NCBI GenBank assembly: GCA_038087875.1
Contig: CM075988.1
Coordinates: forward strand, 7,752,001-7,816,000
DNA from: Malacoraja senta
Lineage: Eukaryota
Direction: 5' to 3'
Length of the DNA: 64,000 nt
Both the position numbers and the translations under genes were made by a program. The notes beneath the pieces were generated by a model. The model had not been told where the DNA came from. It saw nothing but the letters and a program-made list of their open reading frames with translations, and ran no database searches. Shown in pieces: positions 26,560 through 39,944 of the stretch (its first letter is position 1; each line of letters opens with the position of its first letter).

Positions 26560-27864
26560 CCTCTAGTTCCCTCACCTCTACTTTCAGCCGGAAGAAGGGT
26601 TCCGACCTGAAACATCACCCATCCTTTTTCTCCAGAGATCCTGCCTGACCCGCTGAGATACTCCAGCGCTTTGTGTCTATCTCCAATATATTCTGTGGCT
26701 TCATTTATGCAAGGACAAAATCAGTAGATGTAGGCATGAGAAAAACAAGTGCATTCCAAGCCATAGAGAAATGTTGACTATTTAGGTTGATATTAAGGGT
26801 TCAGGCCCAGCCTCTGTTCAAACCTTCCTGGGCAACAGCCAGGCACGGAAATCTCAGCTGCAGGAGGCGACTGCCAGAGAATCGCAGGAAGGGTCTCCAG
26901 CAGTCTTTGAGTGGCTGCAGGTAGTGGTCCAGAGATTACTACATCAGCATTTTATTTTTCTCCGTTATGTACTATGTTTACATATTCTGTTGTGCTGCAG
27001 CAAGCAAGAATTTCATTGTCCTTTTTGAGACATATGACAATAAAACACTCTTGATTCTTGATAAGGAGAGGTTTCTCACTGCAACTGAGGCCCAGAGACC
27101 AGAGGAAAGATTTTTTCAAGTTGGCAAGAAAACATTTGCTTAAAATATTTTTACCTCTCTAGACCTCAATCCAGCTCCCTGCTGCTTGGTTTTGGTGGGG
27201 CAATCATATTTATTCCATCGATACGTCCTTGCAGATTAGATCCTGATAACCCCCAACATGACTGCCATGTGCATCTCAAAACCATGCAACCATGAGACAA
27301 GTGGCCTTGGTACTATTTAACATTGAAGTCAGTCACCTCATATCAAAGTTGGGAAGGAATGGTCGACCAGCACTGTGTTATGAGACTCTCTGAGTCATTA
27401 GCCAAGGGTCGGGAGTGGGAGGGTTAAAGTTAAGGCAAGTGAGCCCGCCAGCTACGTTAAGCAAGTTGGCAGAATGATATTAATCATAGATCAAAACAAT
27501 ATCATGCTGCATCAGTCAGTCGCATTTAGAAGTCAGACCCTAAGATTAGACAACAGATGGACGGGCAAGGGAGAATATGGATCTCACAGGCTGACACGGG
27601 TCAGTAAGTTTATGCCTGACCAAGACACTGCTTACTGTATGTCAGACCACATTTAAAGTTGAAAGTCCAGTTACATAAAGTCAAAGTCAAATTTATTCAT
27701 CACATGCACCAACGAAGGCACAATGAAATTAATTTGCCACGCAGCGATACGTGTGGCAGATAGTGGCAGTAATAAGACATAATATACTAAATACTAATAT
27801 ATCTCCTACTAAGTAAGTTTTAATGGATTTTTAGTCAATGCAACCAACAACACAGACTATCTGT

Positions 27865-28087
27865 GGAGGAAGGAACTGCACATGCTGGTTTACACCGAAG
27901 ATAGACACAGAATGCTGGAGTAACTCAGCGGGACAGACAGCATCTCCGGAGAGAAGGAATGGATGGCGCTTTGGGTCGAGAATGCTTCGGGGCAGTCTGG
28001 TAAAGGCTCCCGACCTGAAACGTCACCCATCCTTCTCTCCAGAGATGCTGCCTGTCCCGCTGAGTTACTCCAGCATTTTGTGTCTAT
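27865..28087. mobile_element. Short palindromic Penelope-terminus-derived element (similar copies near 14905-15120, 47340-47505, 54654-54830)
   Basis: gatagacacagaatgctggagtaactcagcgggaca... and its reverse complement ...tgtcccgctgagttactccagcattttgtgtctatc. Confidence 0.75.
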
Positions 28088-29076
28088 CACTCATTTCAAT
28101 GGCTTGTTGTATAACCTTGCTCTCTGTTATACTGTTGCTGTTTGTTCCAATGAAGGAGCAGTTACTCACGATAAAATCATTGTTAGGGGAATGCTTTGGA
28201 AAAAAAATCATAGAGCAATGGTAACGTGTTATGTAAAGGCTGATAAATCTTCCTTCCTTCCTTCCTTCCTGCCTGCATTGTAAAAACAGGATCTAATTAT
28301 TGAGGTTTAAATAAATATTGTTGTGTACGTATGAATATTAACCTGTGCTTTGCAATATTGAGTAGAATCTGGCTGTTTACATTACAAATGTTTGTGCTAC
28401 ATTAATAAGTTATGTGCAGGTTTACTCCCCCACCTCTCTCCTTCCCTGTTGCCATCTTATCGCACTGTGTCCACATGCACTCAATATCCCTGTCAACTGA
28501 CTGAGGAATATTAAAAATATTAGTACCAAGGGATAATTGCAATGAAATAAACCCTGCTAGCAATCATTTGATGAATGGATTAAAGGCCATCCATTCGATC
28601 AGTCCTGGATCCTTGCATCTGTACGGTGGTTGAACACAGTAATACATTTGGGGTCAGCTGACATGGCTCCAACTGTATGAGGGTTCATATGACGGTGGAC
28701 AATTATCCAGTTAGGTCCTCTCTATAAATAGCAGACTGCTAACACTCTCTCCAGTCCACCAGTATTCTTTCAGTATAAAAACTAGGAACTGCAGATGCTG
28801 GTATCTACCAAAGATAGACACAAAGTGCTAGAGTAACTCAGTGGGTCAGGCTCTTTGGAGAAAAAGGATGGGTGACGTTTCGGGTCGGGACCCTTCTTCG
28901 GACTTGTTATGTTAATGATGAAATCGGACATAGTCCTGGAGATACTGGCCTGGTGCTCATCTCTGGGGTTATGGTCGAGGGGTAGGTAAGAGGAGGCGTC
29001 TGAGAGCTGACGACAAGAGTGCTTTATTGTCATATGTCCCAGATATGGGAAGAAGAAATCCCTGCTATACGAGCGG

Positions 29077-29097
29077 ACACACACACGCACGCACGCA

Positions 29098-29187
<90 letters not shown>
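29077..29187. repeat. (CA)n microsatellite with a short (CACG)n interruption
   Basis: Direct reading, about 110 bp. Confidence 0.98.
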
Positions 29188-29191
<4 letters not shown>

Positions 29192-29951
29192 CAAAAGCAG
29201 CACGGTACAGTTCAGGCTGCCAGACTACAATGGCACCATCCTTGTCGGCAGGTTTGAGGATACTCTTTCAGGGATCTTATGAATGATGGAATGGATTGCT
29301 GATAGTGCTGTCAAACTGTGTACCTACTCCACGATATTTTTGGTGTTGCCTGGAGCCATGGCAGGGTAGACAATCAGAACCTTTTTATTCAAGGGTTGAA
29401 AAGTCAAAGACTAGAAGGCATAGCTTTAAGGTGAATGGGACAAAGTTTAAATGAGAGGTGCAGGGAAAGTATTTTCCACAGAGGGTGGGTGGGTGCTTGA
29501 AACACATTGCCAGGGGTTCTGGTGGAGGCAGATGTGATGGTGGTGTTTATAAGGCTTTTAGATATGCAGGAATGGAGGGGTATGGATCATATGCAGGCAG
29601 ATGAGATCAGTTTAGCTTGGCATCTTGTTCGGCTCAGACATTGTGAGTTGAAGGGTCGGTTCCTTCACTGTACTGTTCTATGTGGCATTATTATTACCAC
29701 TTGGTGCAAAAGGATTAGAGTTCCAGTGGCAAAGTGAGAATGATGACTCTTGATATCAAAGCAGCATTTGACCAAATGTGACACCAAGCAGCCTAAGTGA
29801 AAATGAAGGCCATATAAATCAAACAGTTACACCTACACAAAGAAACATAGTTGTGGTTCTTGAAGGCCAATCATTTCCAGTGCTATTAAATAGGATACAT
29901 GCAAGAGTTCCCATGAGTTCAGACTGATGGAGTAGGGAGAAGAAAGCTGGG

Positions 29952-29986
<35 letters not shown>

Positions 29987-30609
29987 TGAGGCAAAGCATG
30001 GCAAGTGATATGTGGATGTAGTGAGAGAGTGATAAAGGCTTGAGATGAAATGGAAACAAAATGGAGATGAAAAGCTCATTTGTGTTCCAAAACTCCAGGC
30101 ACTGGGTGCTTTGAGGGTGAAATCACTGGTGCATTTTGAGGTTAGAGAATCATACAGTATGGAAACAGGCCCTTTGGCCCATCTGGTCTGTGGTGACCAA
30201 GATGCCCCATCTAAGCTGTCCCATTTACCCACATTTGGACATATCCCTCCAAACCTTTCCAATGCATGTATCATTGAGCATTGAGCTTTTGAGCATTTGC
30301 TGCTCGGTGGTTTTATTTTAAACTATCACATATACACGCTAGTTTAAGCTAATGACGCTTAAACTAAGCTGCGATGGAGTTGACCGTCAGCCACCTGTGG
30401 GCTGAGCTTAATTTAACGCTAGGTGTTGGATAATTGATTCAATCTTCTTTAGCCTGTGTAAGCTTTGTATTTTGAGATTTACGTAAAATACATGCTCCAG
30501 GCGACTTTTTTCTTGTATGTTGCATGAAGGAATTTAATCTAAAGTGTTGTTGCTAAGTATGCACCATTTGGAAAGTTTATCCCCAGTTCTTTGTGCCCAT
30601 GTTCACGTG

Positions 30610-30985
30610 TGTGGGCCCCATATCTGAGGAGGGATGTGCTGCCCTTACAGAGGGTCCAGAGGAGGTTTATGAGAATGATTCCAGGGATGATTGGGTTAAC
30701 ATATGATGAGCGTTTGACGGCACTGGGCCTGTACTCGCTGGAGTTTAGAAGGATGAGGGCAGACTTACCAAATAGTGAAAGGCCTGGATAGAGTAGATGT
30801 GGAGAAGATGTGTTCACTAGTGGGAGAGTCTAGGACCACAGGCCATAGCCTCAGAATAAAAGGATGTACCTTTAGAAAGGAGATGAAGTGGAATTTCTAT
30901 AGTGAGAGGGTGGTGACTCTGTGGAATTCATTGCCTCAGATAGCTGTGGAGGCCAAGTCAATGGATATTTTTAAAGCGGAGATTT
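30610..30985 (+). mobile_element. CR1 3' fragment (others near 4410-4700 +, 15575-15855 -, 24300-24680 +, 35600-36080 -, 40080-40380 -, 51310-51975 -, 61940-62325 -)
   Basis: RVQRRFMRMIPG...LGLYSLEFRRMR and GHSLRIKG...RVVTLWNSLP motifs. Confidence 0.85.
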
Positions 30986-30988
30986 TTA

Positions 30989-31525
30989 AGGGCCTGTCCC
31001 ACCAGCATGCGATAGCATGCGTCTAGCGCGACCAAACGTGGTCGCTTGAGGCGTACGGCCTCGCGGGGCCGGTCCCACTTCGATCGCCAGAGGCGTATGT
31101 AGTTGTGCGGGGCTGGTGCCGACATTGCACGGGGCTCCAAAAATCTTGCACTGTCCGAAAATCCCGCGCGACAACGGCCTGTCGGCCCGCAGCCGCATTG
31201 AGGCCGTACGCAGTGCCTCGACGGGCGTACGCAGCATCTCGATGTCGTACGCAGCGTCTTGACGCCGTACGCAGCGTCTTGATGGCATACGCGAAGCGCG
31301 TGGCGTTGCGCGATGACGTCACCGCCCGACGCCGTGCGACGTTCAAATTCAGTCGGCCCGCCTCCTGCCCAGCTGATTGGTGAGTTTGATATCGGGACCA
31401 GCCCCGCACAACTCCAGACGGCTCCGCGGTTGGAAGTGGGACCGGCCCCGCGAGGCCATACGCCTCAAGCCACCACGTTTGGTCGCGCTAGACGCATGCA
31501 GTCGCATGCTGGTGGGACAGGCCCT
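30989..31525. mobile_element. Non-autonomous PIF/Harbinger-like MITE (family A relative, opposite orientation)
   Basis: Imperfect TIRs of about 135 bp with the same terminus; TTA/TAA flanks; interior matches the reverse complement of part of 21507-22022; internal 20-bp tandem repeat. Confidence 0.85.
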
Positions 31526-32097
31526 TAAGGGTAACTGGGATGGGTGGTCTGACGAGAATGATGCCCCATACTACACTCCGCCAAATAGCGTGTTGGAGTT
31601 ACATGCCATCATTTCCATCGGGCAGCTGTTTATGGTTAGAACAGAATCACAAAACACAAAAGGAAAACCTTCAGCTCATTTTGGGCAGACTGGCTTTGAA
31701 AGCGCTATTTTAATTAGTCCTACACCCTACTGCTTCCCCATGGACCTGTAATCATTTTGTATGTATTAATCGGCTATTTATAGAACACCAAGAAATAAGT
31801 AACAATGCAGAAACACAATGGTGGCCTTAAAAAGAACTGTATTAGGAAAACTCTAACTAGGTCGCACAAACAAAAGATTTTTGTTGGCATTAATGCAGCA
31901 CCTTATACACCCTGACAACTCAGTAATACGTTCCATGCTGATTACTCCTTTTTCCCATTCTTTTCCTTTTACTGGCTGTGAACTAATAGCCGACTACACT
32001 GATGTCCTCCACATCGGAACAAAAAAATATAGAGACAGGTTTAGCAGTACAAAAACTGAGGTGTTTTAGGTGCTAACATAAAATAAGCAGTTCCTGA

Positions 32098-32324
32098 TGG
32101 GCCTGTCCCACTTAGGCCACTCTTCAGGCGACTGCCAGGGACTCATTTTAATGGAATTCACCTACGACACCTGGTGACAGCCTACGATAGCACCTACGTG
32201 AACCTACGACAACATACGACTGCAAAAATTGTCGCCACTGTCGCCGATAAATTTTCAACATGTTGAAAATTTTGCGGCAGTCGCCTAGAGTCGCCCAAAA
32301 AATTGCCTAAGTGGGACAGGCCGA
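32098..32324. mobile_element. Harbinger-like MITE (family B, short)
   Basis: TGGGCCTGTCCCACTTAGGC...GCCTAAGTGGGACAGGCCGA termini; TGA/TAA flanks; internal palindrome ATTTTCAACATGTTGAAAAT and CCTACGAC repeats. Confidence 0.75.
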
Positions 32325-32909
32325 TAACAGACCTTTTCACAAGGCAATCACTCACTTTACAGCTATTGAGAAACGGCCTAGGATAATTAATTGGAATCCT
32401 TCTGCTTCAACTCGGGAATTTCTATTAGGTGCAAGAAAACGTTAGCAACAACAGGTAACATATGACCCAAAACTATAAAGATAAATTCTAAGGCATTGCA
32501 TGCCATCGTTATCAAAAAATATCGAACACTCAGAGAAACAAGGAACTGTAGATGCAAGAACCTTGAGCAAAACACAAAGTGCTGGAGGAACTCAGCGGTG
32601 TGCAACTGTGATAACGTTCTGGGTCGGGACCCTTCTTTAAATCAGTCATAAAAATGCTGGAGCAGTTGAGTCAATTGTTTAATTGTAATATGTACCACAA
32701 ACAAAAAAATGAAATTCTTACTTGCACCGACATAGCAGGAGTAGTTTAGTTTAGTTTAGTTTAGAGATAGCATGGAAATGGGCCCTTCGGCCCTTCAAGT
32801 CCACGTTGACCATCTATCACCCATACAATAGTTCTATCCTACACACTAGGGGCAATTTACAGAGGCCAATTAACCTGCGAGCCCGCATGTCTTGGAATGT
32901 GTGAGGAAA

Positions 32910-34668
32910 CATAGAAAATAGGTGCAGGAATAGGCCTTCGAGCCTTTCAATATGATCATGGCTGCATTCAAAATCAGTACCCCGTTCCTGCTTTTTCCCT
33001 ATATCCCTTGATTCCTTTAGCCCTAAGAGCTAAATCTAACTCTCTTGAAAATATCCAGTGAATTGGCCTCCAATGCCTTCTGTGGCAGAGAATTCCACAG
33101 ATTTACAACTCTCTGGGTGAAAAGCTTTTTCCTCAGCTCAGTCCTAAATGGCCTACCCCTTATTCTTAAACCATGACCCTTAGTTCTGGACTCTCCCATC
33201 ATGGGGAACATTTTGCCTGCATTTAGCCTGTCCAATCCCTTAAGTATTTTACATGTTTCTATATGATCTCCTATCATCCTTCTAAATTCCAGTGAACACA
33301 AGCCTAGTCGACCCATTCTTTCATCATATGTCAGTCCAGCCATTCCGGGAACCAGCCTGGTGAAGCTACGCTGCACTCCCTCAATAGCAAGAATGTCCTT
33401 CCTCAAATTAGGAGATCAAAACTGCACACAGTACTCCAAGTGTGGTCTCATCAGGGCCCTGTACAACTGCAGTAGGACCTCCTTGCTCCTAAACTCAAAT
33501 CCTCTTGCTATGAAGGCCAACATGCCATTCGCATTCTTCACTGCCTGCTGTACCTGCATGCTTACTTTCAGTGAGTGATGTACAAGGACACCTAGGTCTC
33601 GTTGCTCCTCCCCTTTTCCAAATATGACACCATTCAGAAAGTAATCTACCTTCTTGTTCATGCCACCAAAGTGGATAACCTCACATTTATCCACATCATA
33701 CTGCATCAGTATGCAACTGCCCACTCATCCAACCTATCCAAGGCAACCTGCAGCCTCAGAGCATCCTCCTCACAGATCACACTGCCACCCAGCTTTGTGT
33801 CATTCGCAAACTTGGAAATGTTACATTTAATTCCCTCATCTAAATCATTACTGGGGTCCCGGCACTGAGCCTTGCGGCATCCCACTAGTCATTGGCTGCC
33901 ATTCTGACAAGGATCCGTTGATTCCCATTCTTTGCTTCCTGTCCGCCAACCAGTTCTCTATCCATGTCAATACCCTACCCCCACTACCATGTGCTCTAAT
34001 TTGTCACACTAATTTCTGGTGTGGGACCTTGTCAAAGGCTTTTTGAATGTCCAGATACACCACATCCACTGGTTCACCCTTATCCATCCTACTTGTTACA
34101 TCCTCAAAAAATTCCAGAAGATTAGTCAAGCATGATTTCCCCTTCATAAATCCATGCTAACTTTGACCGATCCTGTCACTGCTTTCCAAATGCGCTGCCA
34201 TTACAACTTTAATAATCGACTCAAGCATCTTCCCCACTACTGACGTAAGGCTAACTGGTCTATAATTCCCCGTTTTCTCTCTCCCTCCTTTCTCAAAAAG
34301 TGGGGTTGCATTAGCTACCCTCCAGTCCACAGGAACTGATCCAGAGTCTATAGAACATTGGAAAATGATCACCAATGTGTCTATGATTTCTAGGGCCACC
34401 TCCTTGAGTACTCTGGGATGCATACCATCAGGCCCTGGGGATTTATCAATTCCAACCGTTTACCTAACACTATTTCCTGACTAATGTGGATTCCCTTCAG
34501 TTCCTCCCTCCCACTCGATCCTCGGTCTCCTGGTATTTCTGGGAGATTGCTTGTGTCTTCCTTAGTGACGACAGAACCAAAATATTTATTTAACTGGTCT
34601 GCCATTTCCTTGTTTCCCATTATAAATTCACCTGTTTCTGATTGTAAGGGACCTACATTTGTCTACAC
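32910..34668 (-). mobile_element. CR1-clade LINE fragment (RT domain), degenerate, inserted in a SINE
   Basis: GSVPVDWRVANATPLF, NYRPVSLTSVVGKMLESII, LYRALMRPHLEYCVQF and FTQRVVNLWNSLP motifs with stops and frameshifts. Confidence 0.92.
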
Positions 34669-37600
34669 TGGGAAGGAAATGTGTATGTGTCGGAAGGAAA
34701 CTGAAGCATTTGAAGAAAACCCACACAGTCACAGGGAGAACGTACAAACCATACAGAGAGCGCTCGTAGTCAGGATCAAACATGGGTTGCTTATGTTGTA
34801 AGGCAGCAACTCTACCACTCTGCCACTATATACACTGTTCATGTAAACACTGAATAAACACAGTGCTCATAGAAAATATAAGTTAAAAAATCAGTCCATT
34901 TAAAAATCCCAACACTATTGCAAAAAGCCCAAATTCCTTAGTGTACCAAGACAGTTTGTAGTCCATTGTTTAGTTAATGTATTGAGTTCAATAGCCTGAT
35001 AGTTGTTGGGGGAAAGCTGTTCTTTAAACTGGAGGTCACGGTTTTCAGACTCCTATATCTCCCATCTGATGGCAGGGGTGAAATGACAGTATAGCCAGGG
35101 TGGTGTGAGTCCTTTATGATGCTGGCTTCCTGTTTGAGGCAGGGAGTCCTTTTTCAGGAGTTGAGAATCAGTTTTCTTGAAGGGTTGTCAGACTGAGGGA
35201 GAGATTGCAGAGATAGGGAGAGCAAGTCGACCAAATAATTAGTTGAGCTTAGTTTAGTTTATTGTCTCGTGTACTGAGGTCAGGCAAGAAAAGTAATTAT
35301 ACAATTGAGCCATTGCTGAAAGAGAAGCAAATGTATAAAATGATGTACACTCTTGAGTACAAGAGTTGCGATGTCATGTTACAACTGCATAAGGGACCAC
35401 AATTGGAGTATTGTGTGCAGTTCTGGTCACCTGGCTCCAAGAAAGATGTTATTAGGTTTGAGAATGTACAAAAATGATACAAACAATGTTACCGTGACCG
35501 AAGGGGTTGAGTTGTAAGGAGAGACTAGATTGTCTGGGTTTTCTTTTCCCTTGGAGACTAGGGGGTGAGGAGTGTCCTTGTTAGAGGTATGTAAAATCAT
35601 GATGGACATAGAGTCATAGTCATACTGCATGGAAACAGGCTCATCGCCCAAACTTGCCCACTCCGACCAATATGTCCCATCTACACTAGTCCCACCTGCC
35701 TCTATTTGGCCCATACCCCTCTAATTCTATCAGATCCATGTATCTGTCTAAATGTTTCTTAAATGTTGCGTTAGTACCTGCCTTAACTACCTCCTGGGCC
35801 AGCACATCCCATATACCCACCACCCTTAGTGTAAATAAATCACCCCTCAGGTTCCTTAGTTCTCTTTCTCCCTTCACCTTATACCTATGTCCTCTGGTTC
35901 TCGATTCCCCTACTCTGGGCAAGAGACTCTGTGCATTTACCCGATCTATTCCCCTCATGATTATCAAGACTTCTAAAAGATCATATCTCATCCTCCTGAG
36001 ATCCAACAATGCCTGTCCTAGCCTGCTCAACTGCTCGAGTCCTGGCAACATCCCTGTAAATCTTCTCTGTGCCCTTTCCAGCGTGATTTGGTCACAGGTT
36101 TTCTATCAGGGTAGGGGAGTCTAAAACTGAGGGCTTAGATTTAAAGTAAGAAAATAAAGATTTACAGGGGACAGGATGGGCAACTTTTACATGCGGGGTG
36201 TGGTGGATATGTGGACAGCACTACCAGGCTGTACCTTAGATGCTTACTTATAGTATGACCTGATTTATTTGGATAGCACGCAAACAAAAGCTTTTTAATG
36301 CACCTTGGTACACGTGACAGTAATAAACTAATATCAATATCAGTGGCAGTGATAGAGGTGGGTGCAATAACAACATTTAAAAAAACATTTTGACAGGTGC
36401 ATGGATAACAATGGGTTAGGGGCATATGGGCCAAATGCAGGCAAATGTGACTCGCTCAGTTAGGCGATTTGGTCGGCGTGGGCAAATTGGGCTGAAAGGT
36501 CTTTTTCTGTGCTGTATAACACTGTGTTAGATCTCAAACAGCAGAGTTTTTAATAACAAGTTTTGTGGAGCTAGAATAAGGGTGGCCAGACAGAAATATA
36601 TGGGAGTTCTCATCTCAAAATGCAAAGAAAATAACATTTGTTTCAGTAGCTGCGACACTGGTGGCAACAGGATGCCTTGGTGAGTATGTAATGGATGGGA
36701 TTAGAAGCAAATATAACAGTAAAGGTTTGGACTGTTTATCCTTGATATTTGGTATGTAGAAGTATGGAATAACTGGCTAGTGGATGGAGTTTGTGTCAGG
36801 GACTGAATCGAATGCAGTTCATTTATTTTATTTTTTGAGAGCAAGGTAAGGATGGCTGTTTTAAGGAAGATGGTGGGGAGTTTCACTCTCTATCTAATTA
36901 CTGGCATGTATGAAATTGTGTCAACCTCACAGTAAACGCCTGCATCCATTTCTAGAGGGAAAGTTAATCAAAATTAATTGTCTCCGACACAAATCTTCTC
37001 AAAATGGAGAATGCAGGTGGCAGGAAGAGCTGGGAGTCATTGGTTTCAAGATTTTCTAATTTGCACGTTTTGAGGAGGAGGATGTGCACGATAGTTGGCA
37101 CCTCGGCTATTAAATATTATAACACACATCAGCAGCAGTACAGTGTTTTACAAGTTGGAAAATATGCTGATAGCTTGGCTATTTTCAGTGCAGTGCACAC
37201 TTTGAGCAGAATGCAGTGGTAGAGAGCTGTAGCAAGCAGCCTACTGTTCGATTTTGCATTGAATATTACGTGACTCAAGTACAGTTTACTATTGCCCAGT
37301 ATAATGAGAGCTGCAGAGCTTTGTTCAGTGAGTTGTGGGGCGCTCAGTACTAAATTTACTATTACAGGCATGTTAATGGGCACCACACTGTCATGGCTGG
37401 CAGGAGGAAAGGACCCAATCCAGTTATCCTCAACGCAATCTAGAGAAATGAATGTCCCATGGTTGTAATAAGCTAGTTAGAGCAGGAGGTCTATCTTGCA
37501 TTTACATGGTGCCTTATCATGTCTGTCACAATCAGCTCAATATTTCACTGGTAATGAATTATTTTGAGGTGCAGTCAGTGTTGCAAGATACGTAAATGAT

Positions 37601-38055
37601 AAGTAAATGCAACATCCTTCAGGATTATCCCGGGGCCTCCATGAATTATAGATTAATCTTCAAGATGCTATTGCAAGCAGTAATCAGAAGAAAAAAAATA
37701 GAGAAACATTTACATAATTGTGTTTTATTCCTCTCTTTTGTTTTCCAGTGATATTTATGTTTTACTTAGTTTGGTTTAGTGATACAGCGTGAAAACAGGC
37801 CCTTCGGCCCACCGAGTCTGCACCAACCAGCTATCTCCGCACATTAACACTATCCTACACACACTAGGGACAATTTACACATACACAAGAGGAATGTATA
37901 TAGTTTATGGCAAGACGCTTAACATCTACTCCTGCACCTATTTTATATGTTTCTGTCATGTATTAAGGTCATAAGGAATAGGAGTAGAATTAGGCTATTC
38001 GGCCCATCAAGTCTACTCCGCCATTCAATCATGGCTGATCTAACTCTCCCTCCTT

Positions 38056-39944
38056 TTCTTTTAAAATCTTTTTATTCGGTTTTTTTTCAAAAACAAAAAC
38101 AAAAAAACAAACAAAAAAATAATGATAAACATAACAATGATATTGATACATAGGGATCAGGATTACATTAATAACAGGTATAACCTAAATATGAGTCCAG
38201 TGTCAAAATACACATTGAATATAGACCTCCCGGTCTCTATGTAAATATAGTTAAGTGTTTAAAAGAGAACTTGTATATATAAAATCAAAAAGATAAAAAG
38301 AAAGAAAGAGAAAAAAGAGAAAAAAGAGAAAAACAAAACCCCCTAAACTAGAAAAAAAAGCAAAAACAGAATCTGGGCTGCAAAGAATTTCAACAATTTA
38401 AGTCCCTGTTTGTCGTCAAGTCCGTTCCACCATATAAAGGTAAAAAAATTATTATAACAGTTGGAGAGGGGACAATTTGTGTTGTGTGAAAATGTTGAAT
38501 AAAGCTTCCCCAAGTCCTATCAAATTTAACCAAGGGTTCAACAATGTCACTCCTAATTTTTTCTAAATTTAAACATGATATTGTTTCAGAGTACCAATGG
38601 AGTGTGGTCGGAGGATTAGAGTCTTTCCATTTAAATAAAATAGATCTTCTGGCAATTAATGTGGTAAAAGCAATCAGACGATGGGCGGAACGGGACAGAT
38701 GAATAGAATCTAACATTGGTAGCCTAAAAATTGCAGTAATAGGATGAGGTTGTAAATCAATACCTAAAACTACAGAAATAGTATCAAAAATTTATTTCCA
38801 ATATTTTTCCAAAAGTGGGCAGGACCAAAACATATGAGTCAATGAGGCCACTTCAGAATTACATCTGTCACAGGTAGGATTTATATGACCATAAAAACGA
38901 GCTAACTTATCTTTTGACATATGAGTTCTGTGAACCACCTTGAATTGTATCAAAGCGTGTCTTGCACACATTGAGGAAGTATTAACTAATTGAGGAATCC
39001 TCTCCCATTTCTCTATAGGTAGAGAAATTTGGAGTTCTCTTTCCCAGTCATTCTTAATTTTATCAAATGTATCTATTTGTAATTTCAAAATCAACTCATA
39101 AATTGTCGTTATTAAACCTTTCTGATAAGGGTTCAAATGTAAACATGTTTCCAAGATTTCGGTTTGATGTGGTAACGGAAAAAAAGGTAGAGTAGCCTTC
39201 AAAAAATGTCTAATTTGTAAATATCTAAAGAAATGTGAGTTAGGTAGATTATATTTATTGGAGAGTTGTTCAAAAGACATAAAACAACCATCCAAAAACA
39301 AATCAGGAAAAGCTGCTAATCCCTTCCTCTTCCATAACAGAAAGCCTTGATCAGTATTAGAAGGTTGGAAGAAAAAATTAGATATGATAGGACTCGATAA
39401 GATAAAATCATTCAATCCAAAAAACTTACGAAATTGAAACCATATGAGGAATGTATGTCTTATTATTGGGTTAGTCGTATATTTATTCAATCTCGTAATT
39501 GTAAAAGGTAACGAGGCCCCTAGAATAGAAGCCAATGATAGCCCTTGCATAGAATCACGTTCAAGATTTATCCATCCTGGGCATTGGGTATCTTCTAAAT
39601 CTTTTGTCCAAAATGTTAGATAGCAAGCATTAACTGCCCAATAGTAGAATCTAAGGTTCGGCAGTGCCAAACCACCGTCTTTTTTTGATTTCTGTAAGTA
39701 TTTTTTACTTAGTCTGGGATTTTTATTCTGCCATATATATGAAGAAATTTTGGAGTCAATAATATCAAAGAAAGAGTTAGCAATAAAAATTGGTATCGTC
39801 TGAAATAAATACAAAAATTTAGGTAGGATAAACATTTTAATAGCATTGATTCGGCCGATTAAAGATAAGGACATTGGTGACCATTTAGTAAACTGTTGTT
39901 TGATATGGTCAATTAAAGGCGTAAAATTGGCTTTAAATAGAACC
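38056..39944 (-). mobile_element. L1-clade LINE, 5'-truncated (ORF2 C-terminal region and 3'UTR)
   Basis: ORF 38792-39970 has L1 motifs LSLIGRINAIKMFILPKFLYLFQ, GGLALPNLRFYYWA and zinc knuckle CDRC..HMFWSC; continues at 38390-38716; AATAAA and A-rich tail near 38060-38090 on the minus strand. Confidence 0.92.

Noticed and set aside
28782..29282. HT/CV dipeptide-repeat ORFs (and Pro/Gly-rich ORFs at 59367-59799)
   Set aside because: Translations of the microsatellite and low-complexity tracts.
31198..31295. Short regularly spaced repeats as a possible CRISPR array
   Set aside because: No unique spacers, no cas genes, vertebrate intron context; they are tandem repeats inside a MITE.
30986..31528. 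TTAA-TSD (piggyBac/Kolobok) reading of the MITE
   Set aside because: TTAA fits this copy only; the copy in a reconstructable SINE gives TAA and another gives TGA, favouring a 3-bp TSD.
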